From IMG/VR virus record IMGVR_UViG_3300032280_000028, positions 1 through 41,333 of that record: 41,333 nt of DNA. One strand, written 5' to 3'. The notes under the pieces are model-generated. The model saw only the letters and a list, made by a program, of their open reading frames with translations, searched no databases and was not told the DNA's origin. A program made the translations under genes and the position numbers. The DNA comes from a virus (Duplodnaviria; Caudoviricetes). Shown piece by piece: positions 33,522 through 41,333 of this stretch (positions within the stretch are counted from its first letter, which is position 1; every line of letters starts with the position of its first letter).

Positions 33522-35423
33522 TTATCCCTGTACTACTACACGATATTGGTTTGTAGTTGGGGCTGCTGGTACGCCCGATACGATAATAGTAACTGTATTT
33601 ATAGTGGTGTGCTGAACATCAGTTATCACTTCTGCGTAAGGAGCAGAGTTATCATAAACAGTTACCTGAACATCTTGAGTTCCAAGGTTATGTGTAACAG
33701 TAAAAGAAGTTGCAGATCCGTTACCAATTGAGGCAGAGAATTTACGAACAACAACAGAAGTATCAATTGCAGCCGTGACTGCTGCTGACCCGTTGTAAGA
33801 AGTTCCTGTCAATCCCGTACCTAGCGTGAGGGCGTTTGGGCTGGCTGCGGTAATTGTTCCCGAAGCACCAAGAGCTATCGAAGTTCCGTTGATTGTGGTT
33901 GAGGAGTTTGTCAGGCTTGCGTTTGCAATGTTTGAGAGAGTATTTGACGCTCCGGAGATCGTCTTATTTGTCAAAGTAGCAGCTGCGTCATCTGCGGTAA
34001 ATATGCGCAGTACTGTGCCGTCACCAACCTCTAATTGCTTGCCAGTTGCGTCAAAAGCGATACGACCGCTTGTTGTCGAAGTGGTTGAAGACAAGGTAAG
34101 TGTTGGAGTTGCAATAGTTGGTGATGCACCAAAAGAGGTAAGAGAAGACGCGGTAACACCGCTCGCTAAAGTAGCTCCGGTAAGAGTTCCAGCAGCAGCA
34201 GTTACTGTTCCGGAAGCACCCAGAGCAATAGAAGTTCCATTTACAGTTAAGGAACTGTTTGTTAGCGATACTGAATCTGGGCCTACTGTAATACCTGTAC
34301 CTGCTCCTACTGCAAAGGTATTTCCTACAAGAGTTAAGCCATCGCCGGCAATATATTCACCTGCGCCTGAGAATTGTGACCAAGTGATAGGTGTCGTACC
34401 CAAAGTGACAGGATCGTTATTTGTACATACCCAACCGCTATCAGCATTTACTGTTCCTTCTTCTACAAAAGTAAATGCTCCAGGAAATTCTGTTCCTAAA
34501 TTCATGTCTGTTGAGCGAGTCGGCGCACCAGAAGCGTTTACTGTATAAATGCCGTTTTCTGAGGCAGTCGTTTGGTTCTTGATAAGAATGCGCTCGCCTG
34601 TCACGAGTGTTACGCCGTCAATTACAGATCCGTTAGCGTAGGCAGTAGCGAGAGTTCCGTTTGCAGTTGTAGCAGCAACGACAGAAGCTTTAACATCTAA
34701 TCCCTGAGCGACCGAATCTACATAAGCCTTTGTCGCTGCGTCAGCGTCAGCAGTAGGAGTGCCAAGACCGGTGATCTTGTTTGTTCCCATAGCGATAGCG
34801 CCGGACATTGTTCCACCAGCAAGAGGAAGCATTAAGTCTGCGTAAGCCTTTGTTGCTGCGTCTGTTCCAGTAGTAGGAGTACCAAGATTTGTAAGTTTGT
34901 ATGTCGCCATTGACAAGTTCTGTGTTGGCGTAAATGCGTGAGTGTGATCTTCTTTAGAAGGAACGCTTGCGGTTCCTGCGGAAGCAGTACCGGTAATTGC
35001 AGTCGGAGTTGATGTTCCAAGAGCCGGTGTTCCGTGAGTGTGATCTGCGCGAGCATAAGTAGTCGCTGATCCGTTACCGCTAGAAGCTCCGTAAGTTGTT
35101 TGAGCGGTTACTGTTCCAAATGCGTTGGTTTGAGTCCAAGCAGATCCGTCTGAGTAGTAGAAAAGGTAAGTGTCTGTTGCGTAGTAAATTGTTCCAGCAT
35201 CGACAGTAGCAGCAGCAGGTCGAGAAGCTAGAAGGCCTGAAAGAATAGCGTTACCGGTAACTTCCCAGCGAGTGCCATTGTAAATATAAAGTTGATTATC
35301 TACTGTGTTGTAATAGATCTGTCCAGCAGCAGGAGAAGCCGGAGCGGTTGCAAGGTTTTGAATTACTGCGTTTTCTAATTGGTTCTTATTAAGATCTATA
35401 CCTACGAGGAACTTACGGCTCAT
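33522..35423 (-). CDS. fibre-like virion protein (633 aa)
   Basis: Thr/Ala/Gly-rich; repeats LGTPT...DAATKAY.D (x2), DHTH (x2), LTNSS.T.NGTSIALGASGT (x2); C-terminal THNLG domain. Confidence 0.75.
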   Translation of the reverse strand: MSRKFLVGIDLNKNQLENAVIQNLATAPASPAAGQIYYNTVDNQLYIYNGTRWEVTGNAILSGLLASRPAAATVDAGTIYYATDTYLFYYSDGSAWTQTNAFGTVTAQTTYGASSGNGSATTYARADHTHGTPALGTSTPTAITGTASAGTASVPSKEDHTHAFTPTQNLSMATYKLTNLGTPTTGTDAATKAYADLMLPLAGGTMSGAIAMGTNKITGLGTPTADADAATKAYVDSVAQGLDVKASVVAATTANGTLATAYANGSVIDGVTLVTGERILIKNQTTASENGIYTVNASGAPTRSTDMNLGTEFPGAFTFVEEGTVNADSGWVCTNNDPVTLGTTPITWSQFSGAGEYIAGDGLTLVGNTFAVGAGTGITVGPDSVSLTNSSLTVNGTSIALGASGTVTAAAGTLTGATLASGVTASSLTSFGASPTIATPTLTLSSTTSTTSGRIAFDATGKQLEVGDGTVLRIFTADDAAATLTNKTISGASNTLSNIANASLTNSSTTINGTSIALGASGTITAASPNALTLGTGLTGTSYNGSAAVTAAIDTSVVVRKFSASIGNGSATSFTVTHNLGTQDVQVTVYDNSAPYAEVITDVQHTTINTVTIIVSGVPAAPTTNQYRVVVQG

Positions 35424-35432
35424 CTTCTCTCC

Positions 35433-35735
35433 TTATACGACATACGCAGTACCGCTAAATGCTGCGGTAAAGGTAATTACCATTTGGTTGTTACTAGGAT
35501 AACTGAAAGTGCCCTCGCATTGCGTTCCTGCGGAGTCTAGCACTACCGCCGTTGGCTGACCTCCGAGATTGTGATTGATAGTCCAAACCGCACTTGGAGA
35601 TCCTTGATTGTGAACATAAAATATATCTACCGCAGGGCCTTGTGGCCCGGGAGAAGCAACAGTTACAGTAGGAGTTTGATTGATTACCGTAATCTGCGGA
35701 ATTATCGGCTCAACAATTACTACTTCATCGCTCAT
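35433..35735 (-). CDS. small fibre-associated protein (100 aa)
   Basis: PGPQGP then WTINHNLG domain similar to the C-terminus of 33522..35423. Confidence 0.7.
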   Translation of the reverse strand: MSDEVVIVEPIIPQITVINQTPTVTVASPGPQGPAVDIFYVHNQGSPSAVWTINHNLGGQPTAVVLDSAGTQCEGTFSYPSNNQMVITFTAAFSGTAYVV

Positions 35736-36079
35736 CGCGTGACCTGTGCGCTTACTATGGCTTGACCTTGAATAAGTCTTGTTACAACAGAAGTTGAAGA
35801 AGTTATCTCAAGATCATAAACATAATCTCCTTCGTCTATTGCTCCTGTTTGGACTGCCGTAGCTCTGATCGATACAAGGCCAGTTGCACTTGTGATGACA
35901 ATTCCACCATTTGCCGTTGTAAGCGTAAGAACCGCTGACGGAGAATTAGGTAGCGAACGCAACTGTAAGGCAGCAGTATAATTCGCAAGGTTGATAGGAG
36001 TACCGTTCGGATCTTCATAAGTAACATCGAGAAACCAGTCTGCGCCTTGATCGATAGTGACATTATATAAGCCCGCCAT
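35732..36079 (-). CDS. Ig-like anchor protein (BppU N-domain-like)
   Basis: IDQGAD, PINLANYTA..QLR, YVYDLEI, RLIQG. Confidence 0.7.
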   Translation of the reverse strand: MAGLYNVTIDQGADWFLDVTYEDPNGTPINLANYTAALQLRSLPNSPSAVLTLTTANGGIVITSATGLVSIRATAVQTGAIDEGDYVYDLEITSSTSVVTRLIQGQAIVSAQVTR

Positions 36080-37457
36080 TTGTCTCCTCTTTCGCCGGGG
36101 TAATCATAGCCGTTCCGCAACTAGAACAATGCGACATCGACTTAGGCATAGGTAATCCGCAACCCGGACACATATTAGCAAGCGCATTAAAGTAATTTGC
36201 AACATTTATTGTACCGAGAAGATCAGCAAAACCTTGCACCATTGCGTCAAGGCGATCTGGTGACTCTACTTCTTCCGGTGTCCAAGTAGCCATTTGATCT
36301 TCTAATTGTTCGTACTCTCCAACATGATGAATACGACCTTGCTCGTACATTGCTGAGATTGGCTCTGCTCGTAATCTCTTACCAATATGCGCTCGCACTT
36401 CTCGGATAGGCAAGCCCATACGGATCTGTTGGAGAACGGCCGTAACCATATCTCCGCCTTGATTTACTTCTACAAGGATTGAGTCAGCCTTGTGTTTGTC
36501 GAAGATCTCTACTGCTTTGGAAGCCCAATCAAGAGGCGATCCCCGGAAAGAGTAATCTCCAAGAACATATCCGTGACCGGCGGTGTCTGATCCGCAAACG
36601 ATAATTCCGGTCTCGTCACTATCTTTCGTATTCGTTACTGCGGGGTCAATAGAGACTACAACGCGAGACAGAGGCGGAGCTACTTGAACGCGGTTACGCT
36701 CAATCAAGCCCTTTGTCCATAGTGCGCCTTCCACATCTTCTAAGATCTCGCCGTATAACTCCTGCTTGCCGAGGCGTGTTCCGTTATATCGCGCTTGTAA
36801 TTCCATAAGCGCTGAGGGTGCTAAGTTCTTGGCGTTATCGAAGGTAGATCCTCGAGTGATAGCAACAGATCCGTCTATGCGGTTTGCAAGCGCTCGGATC
36901 AAGGGAACAGGCCGGGGTGTAGTAGTTACGATAATGCGAGGCTTTTCTCCGAGGCGTAATCCAAATTGCAACTGATCCCAAGCGTCTGAGTATCGGTACG
37001 CTGCTAACTCATCACACCAAGCGCCGTGATGCTGAGGGCCACGAAAGCGATCCGGCTGATCTGCTGAGAATAACTTTATGCGCGATCCGTTGGTGAGGAT
37101 AATCTCTCCAATAGATCTGTTCCACGATTTAAGCATTTTGTATCGGCGCAGGATAGAGATAACTCCTGACTCACCCTCAGCGCAAGTATCTCGAGCGTCA
37201 GAAAAAGTCGGAGCTACGATAGCCCAACGCGTCATTGGTTGGCGGATAGCCTCCCACGCAAGCCACTCTGCTGCGGTTCGAGTCTTCCCCGCTCCGCGAC
37301 CGGCCATATAAAGCCAGATATGCCAATCACCCTCCGGAGGTAATTGCTCGGATCTCGCTAGTTCCCGCCTCCACTTGTATCGTGCTGCTCTGATCCATTT
37401 GGTCGAGAAGCTTGATAATTCGTTCGATGTCTCCTTCAATGTCTCCACCGCCGTCAT
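36063..37457 (-). CDS. terL: terminase large subunit
   Basis: AGRGAGKT (Walker A), WCDELA (Walker B), VTTTP, SIDPA, SPDRLDA; GGAGGTGA SD before ATG 37457. Confidence 0.96.
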   Translation of the reverse strand: MTAVETLKETSNELSSFSTKWIRAARYKWRRELARSEQLPPEGDWHIWLYMAGRGAGKTRTAAEWLAWEAIRQPMTRWAIVAPTFSDARDTCAEGESGVISILRRYKMLKSWNRSIGEIILTNGSRIKLFSADQPDRFRGPQHHGAWCDELAAYRYSDAWDQLQFGLRLGEKPRIIVTTTPRPVPLIRALANRIDGSVAITRGSTFDNAKNLAPSALMELQARYNGTRLGKQELYGEILEDVEGALWTKGLIERNRVQVAPPLSRVVVSIDPAVTNTKDSDETGIIVCGSDTAGHGYVLGDYSFRGSPLDWASKAVEIFDKHKADSILVEVNQGGDMVTAVLQQIRMGLPIREVRAHIGKRLRAEPISAMYEQGRIHHVGEYEQLEDQMATWTPEEVESPDRLDAMVQGFADLLGTINVANYFNALANMCPGCGLPMPKSMSHCSSCGTAMITPAKEETNGGLI

Positions 37458-37818
37458 AGGTAATCACCTCCGCCTGTATTCGTTGTGGTGCGTCTAGTCC
37501 TAGAAGCTCTGCCCGCTTCCCGATAAGTTTGAGAACAAAATCAGCGCTCTTGTGATTGCCGTCTATTGCGTCTTTCCAATAAGCCCGTTGGAGGCGATCG
37601 AGACGATCTAACTCCAATTCTCGAAGCTCGTCAGTAGGTTGCTGGAGAGTGCGAACAATTGCCCTCTTGTAAGCCTTGTATGCCCCTCCTGCGTTTGCGT
37701 AACCGATAGCCCGGGCTATTCGTTCCCAAGTCTCACCGGTACGGCGTAATTCGACTACCGCCAATTCGCGATCAACTACCTCCGGTGTAGGAGTTTTCCC
37801 GTGTTTTTTTCCTGCCAT
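37327..37818 (-). CDS. terS: terminase small subunit
   Basis: HTH (AVVELRRTGETWERIARAIGY), ELDRLDRL, KRAELLGLDAP; directly upstream of terL. Confidence 0.85.
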   Translation of the reverse strand: MAGKKHGKTPTPEVVDRELAVVELRRTGETWERIARAIGYANAGGAYKAYKRAIVRTLQQPTDELRELELDRLDRLQRAYWKDAIDGNHKSADFVLKLIGKRAELLGLDAPQRIQAEVITYDGGGDIEGDIERIIKLLDQMDQSSTIQVEAGTSEIRAITSGG

Positions 37819-37832
37819 AGTTATACTGTAAC

Positions 37833-38372
37833 TCAGGAAAAGACAGATTGCGAAATGAGATTAGCGCCTTGCTCTGGAGTTAAGCCTCCCGGGATACAAG
37901 TAGCACTCCAACGCTCAGCAAGGTTCTTGTGTTTCGTAGCTCTGCCTTTGACCCAAGAGGCGTTCTGTTCTTTCCCTGTTGCCAAGGATCTTTCGTATCT
38001 TCTTAATTTGGCGATTTCTGGATCTGTGTCGAGATAGAACAAGTGGAACTCCCCATTGGATTTGCATAGGTTAAAGAACCGGTCATTGGCAAGGCGATCT
38101 CCTTCCCCGTACAAGATCTGGTACAGGTTACTTTCGGCTACCTTTGGCAACCAAGGCTCGATCGAGACTATCGCTGCGTTACCTAGTGTGTCTGTTCCTC
38201 CAAAGTTAGGCCTCAGCCAACCAAGAGATAGGGCTAAGCCGTTAGGCGTGTCGTGTTCTCGGTATTTGATTGGCTTCTCAAAGTGTTGCGGGTTTGACCA
38301 GTCACGAGTAAATGCCTCGGTCAGCGTAGTCTTTCCTGATCCCGGTTCTCCGATTAGATAGATTATCTTCAT
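37833..38372 (-). CDS. P-loop nucleotide kinase of the 5-hmU DNA kinase (5-HMUDK) type
   Basis: IGEPGSGKTT, FGGTDTL, EGDRL, Q..SWVKGRATK; in the aGPT-PPlase2 operon. Confidence 0.82.
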   Translation of the reverse strand: MKIIYLIGEPGSGKTTLTEAFTRDWSNPQHFEKPIKYREHDTPNGLALSLGWLRPNFGGTDTLGNAAIVSIEPWLPKVAESNLYQILYGEGDRLANDRFFNLCKSNGEFHLFYLDTDPEIAKLRRYERSLATGKEQNASWVKGRATKHKNLAERWSATCIPGGLTPEQGANLISQSVFS

Positions 38373-38399
38373 AGCGCCTCCTGTTGTAATGTAATCATC

Positions 38400-39212
38400 T
38401 TACAGACTTTCGATCCATTTCTCTGCGAGCGCCGGTGAGAGTCCGTACCCGCTTCTTGCTAATCCTGAGAAGTAGGCATTACGCTCGCCAAGCTTCGGAT
38501 AGATCGGTTTGCCTCCTGCTCCTTTGGCTCTCCAACCTAGCGACATTTCCCAATCCCCTGCCTGAACTATGCCTAACGCTATTGCGGTCATCAGTAATTC
38601 TTTGCCGTCATCTATCGCTCTATCCGCAGTCTTGGCAATAGAAGATCCAAGTCGAGTTACGCCATTGATTTGTGCTACCGATAAAGATTTATACGGGCGC
38701 AGGTGATGAACTCGGTAGGGTGCGTAATCTAATTTAGCCGTGTGCGAGATCCAAGTGACTCCAGCGAACAAAGTTACTTCACGCGCTAAGTGTTTCCCGT
38801 ATCCGCCGGTGCAATTAAGTATCGCGTCAGCCTCAATTTCAGATCCGTCACTCAACTCTACGCTTGTGCGGTCAATTCCTATTACGCGCTCGGTGATATC
38901 CGGTGATACCAATGGCAAGATAGGATCTACCAGCCACCAATCTTTTTGCGCTTTGATCTCCGGGCTGCGCCAATTTGATACATAAGCCTCTTTTGATCCT
39001 GCTGCTCCCCAAGCGCTATACCACTCCCAAGATCTTTCAAGATCTGACCGCTCAGATTTATCAAACCAAGTAGGGCGAATAGTCGCCAGCGCAGATCGTG
39101 ACGCAGCTTGTTCAGGAGCGTGGTCAATAAGAGTGACCTCCCACCCCTTTGCCCGGGCTATACGCGTGGCTGATGATCCGGCAATACCTGCGCCAATAAC
39201 TATGAGTTTCAT
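38400..39212 (-). CDS. FAD-dependent oxidoreductase, DAO/glycine oxidase-like (270 aa)
   Basis: Start MKLIVIGAGIAG at 39212 (ATGA overlap); AASRSALA; C-terminal SGLARSGYGLSPALA. Confidence 0.85.
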   Translation of the reverse strand: MKLIVIGAGIAGSSATRIARAKGWEVTLIDHAPEQAASRSALATIRPTWFDKSERSDLERSWEWYSAWGAAGSKEAYVSNWRSPEIKAQKDWWLVDPILPLVSPDITERVIGIDRTSVELSDGSEIEADAILNCTGGYGKHLAREVTLFAGVTWISHTAKLDYAPYRVHHLRPYKSLSVAQINGVTRLGSSIAKTADRAIDDGKELLMTAIALGIVQAGDWEMSLGWRAKGAGGKPIYPKLGERNAYFSGLARSGYGLSPALAEKWIESL

Positions 39213-40087
39213 CTGACTGCGATCTCTCTTGTATTTTTGTAGATAGATTTGCGGGTTTTGTCGATCCCTTCCCACCCGTTGAGTTCTCCCAAATAATTGT
39301 GAGGCAAAGACTCGTATCGAGCTTTGAACGCCCAATCAGTTAGATCCGAAGGAACGCGTAATAGTTGTTCTTGCATTTCGTCTATGTCTATGCCGACATA
39401 ATAACGGCCTCGAGTCATTGCGTAGAAATCGCATAACGAAGTCTCAGCGGTCTCCATACTTACTTGCGAAGCTCTGCCGGTCAGGTACTCGACTACTTTG
39501 AGGCTTAGATCATCTAATTGTGCGATCTCAGCAGGTGAGTTACCTAGTGGCAAACCCGGAAAAAACAGACCTAAGCCCTTGCGTGGCCCACTCGAGTTCG
39601 CATTACCCATATCAGGCACTTCGAGATTAAAGCCGTGACTCTTGAACAAGATCTCTGCCGTTTTATACGCTGCCCACCGGCCGTTGCCATACACAGTCGC
39701 TAACTCATCGTTAAGAGTCTTCCAGTTCGCTACCGGATCTTCTGACGAACAGGCACTATCTAGCCAAGCGCCGAGGCCTCCGTGTTTCTCAATCTTGGCA
39801 CAGAGAGAGTCAAGGTGCTGAGCGAATTTAAGAGTAGATCTATGCGCCCGGCGAGGTTGCGCAATTGGAAGCTTTAGAGTCTCTTGATCCGGAACAGTAG
39901 GAGTTGGATAAAGGCTGAACGCTTTTAGCGCTGACCCCATGTGATAGTAGCCAACGAATAGGAAAGTAAGCCACAATCCTTTGTCTCGATCTAGTTGATC
40001 TGCGAACCATTTTAGAACGGGATACGCAGGGTCCATATCGCGTGATTGAGTTTGCGCTTCGTGAAAGTAGGCATAGTCGCTATTCAA
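39209..40087 (-). CDS. aGPT-PPlase clade 2 / amino acid:DNA transferase (292 aa)
   Basis: DMDPAY, GNGRWAAYKTAE, SSGPRKGL, ETSLCDF...GRYYVGIDIDE; TTG start at 40087. Confidence 0.82.
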   Translation of the reverse strand: MNSDYAYFHEAQTQSRDMDPAYPVLKWFADQLDRDKGLWLTFLFVGYYHMGSALKAFSLYPTPTVPDQETLKLPIAQPRRAHRSTLKFAQHLDSLCAKIEKHGGLGAWLDSACSSEDPVANWKTLNDELATVYGNGRWAAYKTAEILFKSHGFNLEVPDMGNANSSGPRKGLGLFFPGLPLGNSPAEIAQLDDLSLKVVEYLTGRASQVSMETAETSLCDFYAMTRGRYYVGIDIDEMQEQLLRVPSDLTDWAFKARYESLPHNYLGELNGWEGIDKTRKSIYKNTREIAVR

Positions 40088-40967
40088 CGGCCTTGACCTT
40101 GCCGATAGTCGGCATATCGATCTCACCCTTGAGCGCTCGAGCCATATTATCTTCGCGCTTGGTACGAGACTCTTTTGCCTTCGCGGTCTCTACTGCATAA
40201 GTGAAACAATCTTTCATTCCACGCAACGCGTAATACACGATTGAATATCGATATGCGTCTTTGGTTTTTGGCGACATAGGAGTTACGCCATGAACATATT
40301 TATATCCTGCAAAGAAAGTCACCCAGCCGTCACGACAAGAACAAGTCAGATTGTACTCAGGCAAAGTTAGATAACCGCCGGACATATCTCTACGGATCAC
40401 CGGCATCGCAGACCAAGTAGCAAAGTTAAAGCCGTCTCGGTGATAAGGAAGTGTTGAAGATTTATTGACTACTCCAGAAGTCCAAAGTGCGTCATCGGTC
40501 ATGCGCCACTCGTCAGATAGTCCAGCGTCAGCAAGGTTCTTTTTGTCGTGTTCGTATAGATCCGGAGCGAACTCTTTATAGAGCTTTGCAAACTTTTCTG
40601 CAAAAGCGATCAATACCGCGTGTTCGCTTGGTTGTTCTAGCGCGAGGGTAGTAGGTCTGCAACTCTCTCTGCGTTGGAATATCTTGCGTGGAGCCATTCC
40701 GAAAGTTCTTGATTTATTTTTAAGTCCAGTTGATTGCCGGATCGTTTCACCATAATTGATATTAAGAACTGCTGCCCGTAGGAGATTGACTTCTTGCTCC
40801 ATTGGAAAATAAACAAATAAGACTTCATCTGTGTCTTCGTCAATCCAGATCCCTTCCTTATTACAATTCGGTTCATACTCCGGAACAGTAGTACCTACAA
40901 GCGCGGTTGCTTCTTCTTCGGTCATTACGCGCTTGACTTTATAGACAGGTAACTCAGATAGGTTCAT
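40080..40967 (-). CDS. TET/JBP-family 2OG-Fe(II) dioxygenase (295 aa)
   Basis: WTSGVVN...YHRDGFN (HxD), GGYLTLPEY, VHGVTP (distal His), RYSIVYY (2OG-binding Arg); start MNLSEL at 40967. Confidence 0.88.
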   Translation of the reverse strand: MNLSELPVYKVKRVMTEEEATALVGTTVPEYEPNCNKEGIWIDEDTDEVLFVYFPMEQEVNLLRAAVLNINYGETIRQSTGLKNKSRTFGMAPRKIFQRRESCRPTTLALEQPSEHAVLIAFAEKFAKLYKEFAPDLYEHDKKNLADAGLSDEWRMTDDALWTSGVVNKSSTLPYHRDGFNFATWSAMPVIRRDMSGGYLTLPEYNLTCSCRDGWVTFFAGYKYVHGVTPMSPKTKDAYRYSIVYYALRGMKDCFTYAVETAKAKESRTKREDNMARALKGEIDMPTIGKVKAVE

Positions 40968-41333
40968 TCTCTGGCCTTTTCTCTCCAACGGCATCTTCTA
41001 CAAGACTCAATATTGCATCAGAATTGCTTACAAGATTGTTAGCAGCGCGATACTGGATTAGTTTATCAATCAACCATACATAAGTGTCGTTGTCGTAATC
41101 CATCATCAGCATACGAGTAGCCTTTTGCGCGTAGCGTTCGGCGTAATCTCCGAGTGTGGGGATAAAATGAACTCCGCTTTGTCCGGTCTCGCCTACTCCT
41201 ACTGATTCGAAGTAGGTATTGCTGGTAAGAACTGGCATTGTCGCTTCGTTCATCTCAGCCAAAAGACTGTCGTACTCCTCAAAGGTATAGCCTGTTCCGT
41301 CTAACTCCGGCAGAGCTTCGAGAAGTTTGGCTA
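40954..41333 (-). CDS. ParB-like protein, 3' part (continuation of 1..418)
   Basis: Open frame runs through the terminal repeat; stop at 40954 overlaps the TET/JBP start. Confidence 0.8.
   Translation of the reverse strand, partial: AKLLEALPELDGTGYTFEEYDSLLAEMNEATMPVLTSNTYFESVGVGETGQSGVHFIPTLGDYAERYAQKATRMLMMDYDNDTYVWLIDKLIQYRAANNLVSNSDAILSLVEDAVGEKRPENEPI
41211..41333. repeat. 123-bp terminal direct repeat, right copy
   Basis: Identical to 1-123. Confidence 0.95.

Noticed and set aside
40080-40967. TET acting in a 5mC to 5hmC to glycosyl-hmC pathway
   Set aside because: No C5 methyltransferase or glycosyltransferase recognised, and the neighbours are hmU-pathway enzymes. Action on host-methylated C cannot be fully excluded.
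41211-41333. 123-bp terminal repeat as a biological DTR or att site
   Set aside because: It falls mid-gene and its length is typical of an assembler overlap; it shows circularity, not the physical genome ends.
1-41333. Stop-codon reassignment, tRNA genes, introns or inteins
   Set aside because: Genes are full length under the standard code with TAA, TAG and TGA all used as stops; no cloverleaf or interrupted core gene was evident by eye.

Overview
An apparently complete, circularly permuted tailed-phage genome of 41,210 bp. Bases 1-123 repeat exactly at 41211-41333, and the join restores one ParB-like ORF in frame. The 980-aa tape measure protein, tail tube, Dit and absence of a sheath indicate a siphovirus. 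WhiB, an actinobacterial-type lytic transglycosylase and moderate GC suggest an Actinomycetota host, possibly a freshwater lineage (inference). All convincing genes but one are on the minus strand. Modules in transcription order: DNA-modification operon (ParB-like, TET/JBP dioxygenase, aGPT-PPlase2 amino acid:DNA transferase, FAD oxidoreductase, P-loop kinase); terminase; three fibre-like genes; portal; MuF-ADP-ribosyltransferase; protease/scaffold; capsid; neck and tail; lysis; a second enzyme cluster (DUF6378-like, metallophosphoesterase, GP88-like, GNAT); recombination/replication genes; many small Cys-rich genes. I saw no integrase, DNA polymerase, thymidylate synthase/dUMP hydroxymethylase, methyltransferase, tRNA or CRISPR. 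The strongest candidate for a new system is a fully post-replicative thymine hypermodification pathway next to the packaging genes. It coincides with a strong oligonucleotide signature: GATC several-fold enriched, ACGT not found, CCWGG very rare. Family calls come from motif recognition by eye and all counts are manual.
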